From Octopus vulgaris (lineage: Eukaryota): a stretch of 64,000 bases of DNA. Below, piece after piece: positions 1 through 12,869 of the stretch. Numbering within the stretch: position 1 is the stretch's first letter; every line of letters begins with the position of its first letter. The stretch covers positions 21,142,001 to 21,206,000 of the forward strand of contig OX597841.1 in NCBI GenBank assembly GCA_951406725.2, given 5' to 3'. A model generated the notes under the pieces. It saw nothing but the letters and a program-made list of their open reading frames with translations. It was not told the origin of the DNA and made no database searches. The translations under genes were made by a program, and so were the position numbers.

Positions 1-52
1 AGCGAAAGACAACAGCTACGACCCAGCCAACAGATTCTCCAGCTCCAGTATA
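1..52 (+). CDS. 3' part of a putative internal coding exon (AKDNSYDPANRFSSSSI in frame starting at 2), truncated by window edge
   Basis: Non-repetitive sequence ending at a strong GTAAGT donor (53-58). The frame 2-52 ends in phase 0, compatible with the phase-0 acceptors at 8554 and 21354. Acceptor is not visible. Confidence 0.45.
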
Positions 53-602
53 GTAAGTACCTCACCCTCTCTATTTATTTCTGCCACATCCTGCTCCCCA
101 CCCATACCAATATATCCACCCCTGCCTCATTCCATCTCTTCCACCCCAACGCTGTACTGCTACCCATGTATGTCTACTTTACCTCACCTCTTGTTACCCT
201 TACTCACACTCTTACTCACAACTCGACCACACCTTAATGACTTCTTTCCCCATTACTCTGCCTCGACTCACAACCTTGCCTTTACTCTGTGTTACCCCTC
301 TGGGTACCTCTTACCCACTTAAATCTCCTCTACACCACTTCGTACTAGGTCTGTCCACCTTATTTAATTCTACCTCACCCCTACTCTGCATTACCCCTGG
401 GTACCTCTTACCCACTTAAATCTCTTCTATATTGCATCAACTGGTTCTCTTTACCTCTACCCTATATCTCTGTAGCTACCTCCATGACCACTACTCCAGA
501 GCTGAGGCAATGTAGACAGTGGCTAGTGTGCACACACACGTTTCCTCGTTTAGTTGTTGTTATTGTTCTTTGTTGCTGGTCATGTTTATTTTTTACCCCT
601 AA

Positions 603-666
603 ATGTGTGTGTGTGTGTGTGTGGTTAAGATAAACATTTACCGTAAATACAAGTTATTGTATGCTT

Positions 667-713
<47 letters not shown>

Positions 714-722
714 CACACATTC

Positions 723-765
<43 letters not shown>

Positions 766-810
766 TATGTGTATATATATATATACATGTATGTATATAT
801 ATATACATGC

Positions 811-845
<35 letters not shown>

Positions 846-1062
846 GATAGATAGATAGATAGATATATGAAGAAAGAATTGTATTAGATTTACGCTCATG
901 AAAAATAGAAAGGAAAGTCTTACAAATGGACTTCTACAGAAACAATAGACAAAGAGAAAACCTATTAAGGTTTGAAATGTGTGTATATATGTATATGATA
1001 TATGTGTGTGTATATATATCATATATATACATATATATATATATATGTATATGTATATATGT

Positions 1063-1112
<50 letters not shown>

Positions 1113-1137
1113 GTATAAATATATATATGTATGTATA

Positions 1138-1210
<73 letters not shown>

Positions 1211-1248
1211 TATATATATATATATGTATATATCATATATATGTATAT
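603..1248. repeat. Compound (TG)n/(TA)n/(GATA)n microsatellite cluster, representative of dozens of such tracts across the window
   Basis: Directly visible dinucleotide runs; these generate the YIYI/CVCV pseudo-ORFs. Confidence 0.95.
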
Positions 1249-1249
1249 T

Positions 1250-1916
1250 GAAATCAAAATCAAAATCGCTGACGTGGTCAATGACAGTAATGCCTGATTG
1301 CTACTTGTGCCAGTGGAACGTTAAAAGCACATCCAAACGTGGGGTGTAACCAGCCCACTTATGAGTACCCCTGATTCATTGGACTATAAACTTTGCTTGC
1401 AAAGACCTTTTGAGGCAAGTGAAATCAAATCAAAATCATTCTGATGACAGTACCGCCTGATTGTCACTCATGCCAGTGGAAGGTAAAAACACATCCGAGC
1501 ATGATCGTTGCCAGGGCCACAGATTGGCTCCCGTGTTGGCGGAGCGTAAAAAGCACCATTCAAGCGTGATTGTTGCCAGCGTCGCCTTACCGACACATGT
1601 GCTGGTGGCACATGAAAAAACAACTTTCGGGCGTGGTCATTGCCAGTGCCACTGGACTGGCTCCCATGCAGGTAGCATGTAAAAAATACCTTTTGGGCAT
1701 TGTCATTGCCAGAACCGCTTGACTGGCCCTCGTGCCGGTAGCATGTAAAAGCACCCACTACACTCTCGGAGTGGTCGGTGTTAGGAAGGGCATCCAGCTG
1801 TAGAAACACTGCCAGATCAGATTGGAGCCTGGTGCAGCCATCTGGTTCACCAGTCCTCAGTCAAGCATCCAATTCATGCCAGCGTGGAAAGTAGACATTT
1901 AACGGCGATGATGATG
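1250..1916 (+). mobile_element. SINE family S3 (RTE-type tail, internal ~63-bp repeats, (GAT)n end)
   Basis: Shares AGCACCCACTACACTCTCGGAGTGG..AGGAAGGGCATCCAGC and the (GAT)n tail with many other copies in the window. Confidence 0.85.
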
Positions 1917-2030
1917 TCTGTGTGTGTATATAAGATATGTCATATGTATATAGAAAATTATTGTTTGTAAATCTCTCAACAAGAGGCATTCAGAAAAACT
2001 ACTCTAGAGTAAAGATTATTTGCCAACATA

Positions 2031-2424
2031 GGCGCAGGAGTGGCTGTGTGGTAAGTAGCTTGCTAACCAACCACATGGTTCCGGGCTCAGTCCCACTGCG
2101 TGGCATCTTGGGCAAGTGTCTTCTACTATAGCCTCGAGCCGACCAATGCCTTGTGAGTGAATTTGGTAGACGGAAACTGAAAGAAGCCTGTCGTATATAT
2201 GTATATATATGTATGCGTGTATGTTTGTGTGTCTGTGTTTGTCCCCCTAGCATTGCTTGACAACCGATGCTGGTGTGTTTACGTCCCCGTCACTTAGCGG
2301 TTCGGCAAAAAGAGATCGATAGAATAAGTACTGGGCTTACAAAGAATAAGTCCCGGGGTCGATTTGCTCGACTAAAGGCGGTGCTCCAGCATGGCCGCAG
2401 TCAAATGACTGAAACAAGTAAAAG
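2031..2424 (+). mobile_element. tRNA-derived SINE family S1, full length with internal microsatellite
   Basis: Head GGCGCAGGAGTGGCTGTGTGG (A-box-like), B-box-like GGCTCAGTCCC, internal (TA/TG)n, tail ...GAAACAAGTAAAAG; more than 10 copies in window. Confidence 0.9.
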
Positions 2425-2788
2425 AAAAAAATAAATAAATAACATGTCAGTCCTGTTACAGTTATTTAGCCCCAGAAAACATTGTCTCCAGCTATCTGCT
2501 ATCTGTTCCTTATATTTTCGAAAGGGAGTTTTAGCATCCCCACTGATGAAGGGAAATAACACAGAAATCGTGAGACACAGATATTGATTTGTGCTGAGTG
2601 GGGAGGCTAAAAGTCCCTTGTTCAAAAATATAAGGGCACTGATAGTGTGTTGTATATCCAGCTGGAGGCAATGTTTCCAGGGGCTAAATAACAGTAATAT
2701 TTGTCCTAACCAGGGCTGCCATGTTATGTTGGTCAATTTGTTTGTTTGTTGATCATAAGTTTTCTCCATTTTCTGCATTTTCTGAATT

Positions 2789-2912
<124 letters not shown>

Positions 2913-3319
2913 ATATATGTATATATATATATATATATATATCATATATATATATATATATCATATACATAAATATATATTATATATGTATATCGTATAC
3001 ATATAGATATATAACCAATGCTAGCATGGAAAGCAGACGCGAAACGATGATGATGATGATGATGTATATGTTTGCTCGACTAAAGGCAGTGCTCCAGCAT
3101 GGCCATAGTCAAATGACTGAAACAAATAAGAGAATATATATATATATATATGTATGTATGTGTATGTGTGTGTGTGTGCGTGTATTCTGTTGTGTCTGGG
3201 AAGAGTCATTTGTGCCTTATATTTTTGTGCCTTATATTTTAACACATTCACTATTAAAATTTCCACTTATTTCTTATTTTTATTTTTTCTAAAATTTTCA
3301 ACCTTTACAATAGTTTTGA

Positions 3320-3367
<48 letters not shown>

Positions 3368-3689
3368 ATATATATTTATCCATATATTTATCATATATAT
3401 ATATATATATTGGTTGTAATCATATATGTGTATACACACCCACACACACACACACACATTCCTATTTATGGCTGAAAATCTTCAAACTTTCACAAGTTTG
3501 GTTTGTTAAAGATTCTTCGTTTTGCAAACTTTTTAAAGATTGCCTGCAACTATTATTGTTGTTCTTGTGATTATTTCTATTGTTGTTGTTGTTGTTGTTG
3601 TTGTTGTTACAATATGTTGAATATTAGAATACATGGCACCCCACTTTTTTAAGTTGCAAAATTTTGATAACACCTCTGTATTTTTTATG

Positions 3690-5020
3690 CCACACATTTG
3701 TTGCCATTTTATGTTACACATTTTATGTTACAACGAGTGTTTCAAGTGCGTGTGACACTCTCTCTGCTACATATTTATTCTGTGACTTTGAAGTGTATAC
3801 CAATATGTGTTTTATATGCATTTTTATCTTTAATTTCCATATTTATTGTTGTTGTTGTCTAATCATGTTGTACACTGACTGAACTGTATGTAACATTTCC
3901 CTGTTACATTTGTTGTGTTACACATATTCACTTTTTTCGTTACATATCTACTCTTATGTTCACCTTTTTTGTTATATATTCACAACCTCGTAGTTATGCT
4001 CTGGCATGTAACGATGTGTTACTAGTAACTCTGCTACATTCACAGATATGTTACATGTCTGTTACACATCTGTTACATGTCTAGTTGGTCGTGATTAGCT
4101 CAACACATCTTGTCTGTTACAGATCTGTTACATGTCTAGTTGGTCGTGATTAGCTCAACACATCTTGTCTGTTACAGATCTGTTACATGTCTGTTACACA
4201 TCTGTTACATGTCTAGTTGGTCGTGATTAACCTTGGCGTCTGATCTGGTCATGTCACATATGTATGCATGTGGTGCATCATAATTTTCTTGTGAACCTGT
4301 GTCACTTTTAGTTACATAGTTGTGTCAGTCAATTCTCTTATTCACTGTGTGTATAAAATGTGTTACATATCTGAAGCAGTCACATATGAATTTTGTAACA
4401 CACTTTTTGTGTTGTATATGTAATAAGTTATATCATTATTTGTGTATGTTACACAGATATATTACACATAGATGCAGTATGTCACAAACATTGTTTTGTA
4501 TCTGTTACATGCTACATGTCTCTGTTACATGAAGATGTTGCAAATATTTGCAGTTACATATCTGCAATTTTCTTATTCAGGAGATTGTCATATCATATAT
4601 GAGAAATACTTAGTTACAGAGTAACTTTGTGACACAGTGCTTGTGTAACATGCTATTTTTATAGCATTGTGCATGTTACATGTGACAGGCCTGTTGCATA
4701 ACTGCCATATTATGCAGTCACTGTGTTACTCATGTGACACAGGTGCTCCTACAGATTCCCAAGATTAATTCTATTACAAACGTATAACAGGTGTTTTCTG
4801 TATCACAGCAGCTACGTTACATGTGTCATAGTCACTGTGCTACACAACCAAGAGCTATATTACACATACACTTGTGTAATTGTGATTGCATGTAACAGCA
4901 GATATAGTATCTCTGTGTTACACCTTCTCTGTGATACATACCTGCATGTGTTACATATGCATCGCAGTTCTGTTTGGCATGCAGCTTCTGTGTTACCTAC
5001 AGTTACGTTACATGTGTGAC
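3690..5020. repeat. Cryptic TGTTACA/TGTAACA-rich low-complexity region with a 55-bp tandem repeat at ~4071-4230
   Basis: Recurrent TGTTAC/GTAACA heptamers; unit starts at 4071 and 4126, with a further partial copy near 4203. Confidence 0.7.
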
Positions 5021-5323
5021 AGGCTCTTTGAATATGTTTTATTTTTCCCTATCCACCTCCACAAACATACACACAAGGTAGAGTGTTTTGTCATGATTTT
5101 CGATTTTGCGTTGTTGGTTAGTCTGGAAAAGTTGTGAATGGACATCAAAATAACAGGTGTAAAGTCTAAGAACTCTGCAACGATATCTTCTGTCTTCACA
5201 AATGCATCGTAAAATGGAAACAAGTGTGAAAGAAACACCTCTGCTTATTTCTTAGCTATAAAATACAGTTTCCTCGTCAGATAGCTTTGAAATGACTGTG
5301 ATAAAATTAGTCTAAAATGTGAC

Positions 5324-5535
5324 TTAACCCTTCAGATTATTCTCTCAAATGTGATATTTGTTTATTTATATTATTTTGAATTAATCATGCATTATCTTGT
5401 AGTTTAGAGATTTCAGTGATGTGGTTTTTTTAGCTTTAGAATGACATGGTAGGGCTGAGTTAAGAGGCAAGCTCTGGTCAGTTTCAATATAAAACAGGTT
5501 AAATATTCTGGCCGGTTTGAATGCTAAAGGGTTAA
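5324..5535 (+). mobile_element. piggyBac-type MITE
   Basis: TTAA-CCCTT...AAGGG-TTAA termini; body homologous to 6424-7040 and 50491-50730. Confidence 0.75.
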
Positions 5536-5659
5536 ATATGGTGTTTTTCTGTGACATTATCTTCTGCCTTCACAAACACCTCAAAATATGCAAAAATCAA
5601 TATCCATAAATCTGAAATGCGAAAAGTTTGTCTGGTTTTGGCATTGGAACGGGTTAAAG

Positions 5660-6306
5660 GGTACTTGATCCTGTCGGATTGACCCCAAAATTTACAGGGA
5701 CATGTAAAATGAGGTGAGGATGTGAGTGGGCTAGGTTAGAAATCCCTATCTTAAAACGTGTGGTTACTAGGGCAAAAACACACACACTTTGACAAGTCTC
5801 CTCTCATTTTCTTATCTGTCTGTCTTCCTCCATCTCTCTCTCTTTCCTCCCTTACTTTCAATTTCTCTCTATAATATCGTTTGACAGCGTCTACTATCCT
5901 CAGATTCTATCCCTTCAAACTTTGGTTTCCAATATTTTTTTAATTTTTATTCAGCTCGCAAATTCGTCTTTCCCCTTTAAATGTTAGTGTTTTGCTGTCT
6001 GCCTTGAAGCAGACCTTTCCATTGTCACTGCCTGATATTTATGATTGATCTTTCAAAATATTTCTTTCTCAACTTACTCAAGATCTTTTGTTGTTTATAA
6101 ATGGGAGAGAGATAGATAGAGAAAGATAGAGAGTAAGTGAAAGTGAGGGAGAGTCCAAGAGAAAGGGAGTGTAAGAGAGTGAGAAAATGAGAGAGAAAGG
6201 AGAGAGAAACAAAGAGGGAGAATGTGGTGATAAAAAACAGAATGGAAGCAACAGAAAGTAACAACCACACTCTTACCCGCGCGTAGAGTGGGTCACCTTT
6301 AGCTAG
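5660..6306 (+). mobile_element. Helitron-like 3' remnant
   Basis: Subterminal hairpin ACCCGC..GTGGGT followed by CTAG|T at 6303-6307; 5' boundary uncertain. Confidence 0.5.
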
Positions 6307-6423
6307 TATTATATATATATTGTAATTTATCGAATTCAGAAAATGTTCCATGCAGGTGTAAATTACTGTAAACCTGTGTCCCTCGTTGTGGAGGCAGAAG
6401 ACGAAGTCACCAAAAGACCATGG

Positions 6424-7040
6424 TTAACCCTTTAGGGTTCACATTATTCTGCCAAAATTAATCCTTTTTTATCCACATTGTGGATAATCAAACCAAATCA
6501 AAATAGATGAACATCAATGGAATTTGTATCTTTGTGGTACCAGTGCCGGTGGCACATAAGAAAACCATCCGAACGTGGCCGTAGCCAGTACCGCATCGAC
6601 TGGCCTCCGTGCTGTGGGCACGTAACAAACACCATCCGATCGTGGCCGTTCGCCAGCCTCGTCTGGCACCTGTGTCGGTAGCACATAAAATCACCCACTA
6701 CACTCTCGGAGTGGTTGGCGTTAGGAAGGGCATCCAGCAGTAGAAACACTGCCAGATCTGACTGGCCTGGTGCAGCCTTCGGGCTCCCCAGACCCCAGTT
6801 GAACCGTCCAACCCATGCTAGCATGGAAAGCGGACGTTAAACGATGATGATGATGATGATGATGATTGTTTTGAACTAATCAGGCATTATCTTGTAGCTT
6901 TGAGATTTTGATGAGGTAGCTGTTAATTTTTAAAGCGATATTGTAGGGTTGGTGTGAGAGACCAGATCTAGCCAGTTTGAACATAAAACAAGCAGAATAC
7001 TTTTGGCCAGATATGGCCGGTTTAAATACTAAAGGGTTAA
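6424..7040 (+). mobile_element. piggyBac-type MITE interrupted by an S3 SINE (6486-6865)
   Basis: TTAACCCTTTAG...CTAAAGGGTTAA termini; MITE body resumes after the (GAT)n tail of the SINE. Confidence 0.8.
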
Positions 7041-7355
7041 TTCATATTTTCGAGTAATTTCGTGACAATCATTTAAAAAGCTGCCCCAAGAAGATGCACT
7101 AAAAACTGTATTTTATAGTGAACTAGTGGAGAGGCCACACTCTGCAGATTTTTAAGCTAGCCCCTGTGGAGGGCTAATTGGTCCTGTGGCCCAGAGCTAA
7201 AGACAGCTAAATAGCATGACTATAATACATCTGTAATGACTATATGACTCGGTGGTTAAGGACAGATGAGAATTAATTCTGTAATGTAGTTATTCTGTTG
7301 TTCCAGTCTCAAGTTGAATCTCATCTTTTGGCCAATTTCTCTCAAAGTTCTTATC

Positions 7356-7589
7356 TTATTTCTTTATTGCCCACAAGGGGCTAAACACAGAGGGGACAAA
7401 CAAGGACAGACAAAGGGACTAAGTCGATTATATCGACCCCTCAGTGCGTAACTAGTACTTAATTTATCGACCCCGAAAGGATGAAAGGCAAAGTCAACCT
7501 CGGCAGAATTTGAACTCAGAACATAGCGGCAGACGAAGTACCACTAAGCATTTCGCCCAGTTTGCTCACGTTTCTGCCAGCTCGCCACC
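7356..7589 (-). mobile_element. tRNA-derived SINE family S2
   Basis: Same sequence as the 185-bp array unit plus head; flanked by near-identical TCAAAGTTCT(T/C)ATCTT target-site duplication. Confidence 0.9.
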
Positions 7590-7929
7590 TTTCAAAGTTC
7601 TCATCTTGCCATAGAATTAATGAAGCAAATATCACTTATCTCCCCCCTCGATCTCTGACATTACTTGATAAATGCCAACCGAGATGGCATGAATCAGCCA
7701 AGCTTTACCTGCTAGAAATAGCAACCAAAATACCTTTCAATCAGATCCCAATGCTGGATGTTCATGACTCAAATGATGGGCAGATTTTCAACCCCGGGAT
7801 CATCCTGATCCCAAAGATGTATAATATGTCTATGTAGGGCAAATGTAGGCTGAGATAAAGGGGTTCCAGATTGAGGGACAGACAGAACTTTGCTTTTGTA
7901 GAAGTGTTTTTTTTTTCCCCACTTTTCTC

Positions 7930-8327
7930 GTGGTAAGTAGCTTGCTAACCAACCACATGGTTCCGGGTTCAGTCCCACTGCGTGGCATGTTGGGCAAGTG
8001 TCTTCTGCTATAGCCCCGGGCCGACCAAAGCCTTGTGAGTGGATTTGGTAGACGGAAACTGAAAGAAGCCCGTCGTATATATGTATATATATATATAAGT
8101 GTGTGTGTATATGTTTGTGTGTCTGTGTTTGTCCCCCTAGCATTGCTTGACAACCGATGCTGGTGTGTTTACGTCCCCGTCACTTTGCGGTTCGGCAAAA
8201 GAGACCGATAGAATAAGTACTGGGCTTACAAAAAGAATAAGTCCCGCCGGGGTCGATTTGCTCGACTAAAGGCAGTGCTCCAGCATGGCCGCAGTCAAAT
8301 GACTGAAACAAGTAAAAGAGTAAAGAG
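7930..8327 (+). mobile_element. SINE S1
   Basis: Near-identical to 2031-2424. Confidence 0.9.
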
Positions 8328-8553
8328 AGTATTTGTGGAGACCAGAAGATATTGTTGCAGAGTTCTTAGATTCTACATCAGTTACTTTGATGTCCATTCA
8401 CACCGTATCTGCACCACCCCCCACCCCACCATCACAAAATCGGAAACTGTGAAGAAACCCTCCACCCTAACGCACACAGACTTTGTTTCTTTTTCCTTTT
8501 CTTTTCTTTGCTGTAAATTAAAATTGTTGACACTGAATTTCTGTCTCTTTCAG

Positions 8554-8577
8554 CCACCTCTAGCTACGTCTATCTGA
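8554..8577 (+). CDS. Candidate alternative terminal exon encoding PPLATSI-stop
   Basis: Long pyrimidine tract and TTTCTGTCTCTTTCAG acceptor; phase 0 matches the donor at 53; AATAAA at 8705. Confidence 0.35.
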   Translation, partial: PPLATSI

Positions 8578-8581
8578 CATA

Positions 8582-8619
<38 letters not shown>

Positions 8620-8739
8620 TCTTTCTTCCTCCTCTCTCTCTCTCTCTCTCTCTCCATCTCTTTCTCTCTCTCAACCCATCGACTGATCAACATGTCACAC
8701 TGATAATAAACCAGAAACAGCAGCCAAGCAACACTTTGC

Positions 8740-9700
8740 CAAGGAAGGACACACTAAATGATGTACACTTAGATACACTATGACTGAATGAATCAGAGGA
8801 TGGTCACAGCTGGAAGGTCTTTGATCATAGGGCTGCTGGATCAGGAATTACCTGGGGCTAAACAACAACAAGGAAGCAAACATTAGATACTATATTCCTA
8901 GTTACACTATGTCCAAATAAAAGACAGGATGGTCATAGTTGGAACATCTCTGATCATAGGTCTACTGGATCAGGACTGACCTGGGGCTAAACAAAATCAG
9001 CAACAAGGAAGGACACATTAGATAATGTAATCCTAGATACACTATGTCTGGATAAAAGACAAGATGGTCACAACTGGAGCATCTTTGATTATAGGTCTGC
9101 TGGATCAGGAGCAACCTGAGGCTAAACAACAAGGAAGGACACATTTGATAATGTAGTCCTAGATACACGATGACCGAATAAAAGATGGGATGGTCACAGC
9201 TGGAACATCTTTGATCATAGGTTTACTGAATTGGGTCTGTCCTGGGGCTAAACACCAATGACAAGAAAGGACACAGATACTGCAGTCTAAAATACACTAT
9301 ACCAGAATAACAGACAAGATGGTCACAGTTGGAACGTCTTTGATCATAGGTCTACTGGATCAGGATGAAGAATCTTAAGACAAGGCAGAACACATTAGAT
9401 AATGTAGTCCTAGATACACTGTGCCAGAATAACAGACAAGATGCTCACAGTTGGAACGTCTTTAATCATAGGTCTACTGGATCGGGATGAAGAATACTTC
9501 TTAAGACAAGACAGAACACATTGGATAATGTAGTCCTTGATACACTATGCCTGAATAAAAGACAGGATGGTCACAGCTGGAACATCTTTAATCAAATGTC
9601 TGCTGCGTCAGGACAGGTATTGTAATCCTATCTATGCTATGTCTAAATGACCGATGGGATGGTCATGGTTGGATCAAGACTGGCCTGGGGCTAAAGAACA
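8740..9700 (+). repeat. Degenerate tandem array, ~8 units of ~110-130 bp
   Basis: Recurring ACATTAGATAATGTAGTCCTAGATACACTATG..GATGGTCACAGCTGGAACATCTTTGATCATAGG. Confidence 0.85.
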
Positions 9701-10335
9701 ACTGACATAGTAATTACAAATACATCCCATTGATTACCCCACCCCCATCTTCAAGAAGAGACAAACAACAAACGAAACCCCATGAAGGGGTCAGTAAATA
9801 ACTGTTGGTTAACATTGCTGCAAATGAAATCCCTAATTGTCATCCTCCACCACCACCCCCACCATCATTATGTTGTTGTCATGGGGATTCATGTATTTTT
9901 TTTTAAAAAAAAAAAAAGCAAAAACAGAAGAGGGAAACCATTTACTTCCTTATTTGGAATTTGGGAAAATGTAAAAAAAAAAAAACAAAAAAAAAAACAA
10001 CAACAATATGCAAATTTGTATCAAAGAGATAGCAACAAACAATAACAACAACAAAAACATCTGATCAATAATGACACTGCTCTAGCATGGCCGTGGTGGG
10101 GTTATCGGCTGCAACTGGAACAAGGAGAGAATCTGTAAAAAAGAAAAGAAAATACAAAAAACCTTCTGTTCATTTTTTTTTTATTTCTTTGTATAAAATC
10201 TTGAAAATTTTATAAAATTTGTGATTGAAATTTGAAACAGGGTCGTTGGTTCAAATCTCTATGATGTACTCCATACCAATATAGGGCTCAAGCTTACCCC
10301 TGTTTATTTACCTTAACAACCCCCTTCCTCTCCAC

Positions 10336-10369
<34 letters not shown>

Positions 10370-10374
10370 GCATG

Positions 10375-10470
<96 letters not shown>

Positions 10471-10471
<1 letters not shown>

Positions 10472-10902
10472 ATATGAAAACAAGTCAAAAATAGAAAATG
10501 CTAATTCCTGAATTGAACTGCGACTACTGTCAGCCACTGACCATTCAAAATACGACCATCAAGGCATTCCCAGATTTCCCCACCCCCTCTCCACATCAGC
10601 CTCCTTATTCTTCACCTACCCTACCAAGAACTCACAACGACCCCGAACACACAAGTGCAAACAAGGGAGTCAGAGAAAGGCAGAATGCTACTTATATCTG
10701 AACACTACTATAGAAATATTCTTTTAAAAAAACTTTTCTTCTAATTTTTCTAAATTTAATTATTTAATCGTTACAGTTGAAAAGGTCTCAAAATGACCGA
10801 AACCGGCACTGAAAGATTCACTATAAAATTATCTTAGCATTTTCTATTTTTGACTTGTTTTTTCATATATATCAACTCGCGTGTTCCTTTCCACCCTTAT
10901 AC
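10471..10902 (+). mobile_element. Penelope-like foldback element with degenerate hammerhead (~10774-10813)
   Basis: Inverted arms 10471-10504/10835-10870, unique tail, (TA)n flanks; CAG-TTGAAAA-GGTC..GACC-GAAACCGG-CA-CTG. Confidence 0.6.
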
Positions 10903-10911
10903 ATATATATG

Positions 10912-10947
<36 letters not shown>

Positions 10948-10973
10948 TGTATATATATGTATATATATGTATA

Positions 10974-11036
<63 letters not shown>

Positions 11037-11055
11037 ATATATATGTATGTATATA

Positions 11056-11131
<76 letters not shown>

Positions 11132-11216
11132 AATTATTTGCGTACTAAGATGAAAAACCAAGAATGTATAGATTTAAGAGCATTTATAGATAGAAGGTCT
11201 TACAGCTGTTTCTCGG

Positions 11217-11247
<31 letters not shown>

Positions 11248-11446
11248 ACACATGTAGTCTTTTTGCCAATTATATACTATTTATTTATTATTTTGTACAT
11301 TACTTAATTATAGGTATATGTTTTATCGTATATTTAATTTTTTCTATATGTTATTATTTACTTATATCATTGTTGAATTGCTACATGGTGGTTCTTCTCT
11401 AACTTATATGCACACACACACACATATATATATATACATATATATA

Positions 11447-11477
<31 letters not shown>

Positions 11478-11713
11478 TAAAATGAGGGTGAAAAATTGGA
11501 TATTAATTTGATAACATCAATTTTAACACCAGTGGTGTGGCATATAAAAAAAAACTGAGGTTCAGTAAATAGTATTACATACATAAATATAAGAGGGAAT
11601 TTATATATATTGTTAATAATATATTGTTAATATATTGTTAATAAATTATGTGAATGGGTATTATCTGGTAGTTGATTATTGATTAAGGTGTATTCCTCCA
11701 TTTTCTTATTTTG

Positions 11714-11784
<71 letters not shown>

Positions 11785-11839
11785 TATGTATATATATATG
11801 TATGTATATATATATATATATATGTATTTACATATACAA

Positions 11840-11883
<44 letters not shown>

Positions 11884-12059
11884 GCATATATGTACATACA
11901 CACACACATATATGCATTTGTGCGTGTGTGTGTGCAATGGGCTTCTTTCAGTTTCCATCTTGTAAGTCCTCTCCAAAAATTCTTGAAACATTGAAAGTTG
12001 CAACTCCATGACAACAAATAACATGATGCCTTCTGGTCAGACCCATTTCACTGGGGCAC

Positions 12060-12500
12060 ATAATCCTGTCCCCTTATCTAACACTACTTCTTAGCCTTGT
12101 GTGCCTTTAATAATAAAATCGTATTGGTCAAAACTGCCCCTTTATGTGCCTTTAACAGTACTTTAGGTTACTAGACAAAATGTCCCCTAAGTTTAACATC
12201 CCTGTCTGGCCCTTGTATACCTTTAACTGATTCTTTTAGGGTGTTTGTTAAGCTGTCTCCTAAATTTAACATTTCCATCTAGCCCTTGTCTACCTTTAAC
12301 AGAATCATTTAGGATGCTGGTTAAACTGTCCCCTAAGTTTAGCATTACCAACTGACCTTTTTTTTTTGCCTTTAACTGTCTTTTAGGGTGTTGGTTAAAC
12401 TGTCCCCTAAGTTTAGCATCACCAGGTGACCTTTTGTTTGCCTTTAACTGTCTTTTAGGGTGCTGGCTAAACTGTCCCCTAAGCTTAGAATTGCCAGCTG
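12060..12500. repeat. Degenerate ~72-bp tandem repeat
   Basis: GCCTTTAACTGTC recurs at 12368 and 12440; TGTCCCCTAAG motif repeated. Confidence 0.8.
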
Positions 12501-12869
12501 GCTCCTTATAAATGAAAGTGTCACAAAGGTAACCCCCACCCCCACTCCACTTTCTTGTGTCCAATTATAAAATATTTTTTAAAAAATCAATCTGAAACAA
12601 ATATATAAAATAGGATAAAATAATAAAAAAATAACAGACAACAAAGAAAAGTAGGACCAAACACATTGATACTACTACTACTACTACCACTACTAATACT
12701 ACAGATAACGATGGTAGTGGTAGTGGTGGTGGTGGTGATTTACAAACACTGGAGATTTGGGAAGAACAGTGAAAACAAGGGAAGAGGTATTGAGATGAGA
12801 TGTGAGGATGTGACCAAGAAACAAAACTGGTTCTTAAGTGCCAAATGCCATTCCACCTCTGCAAAGGGA

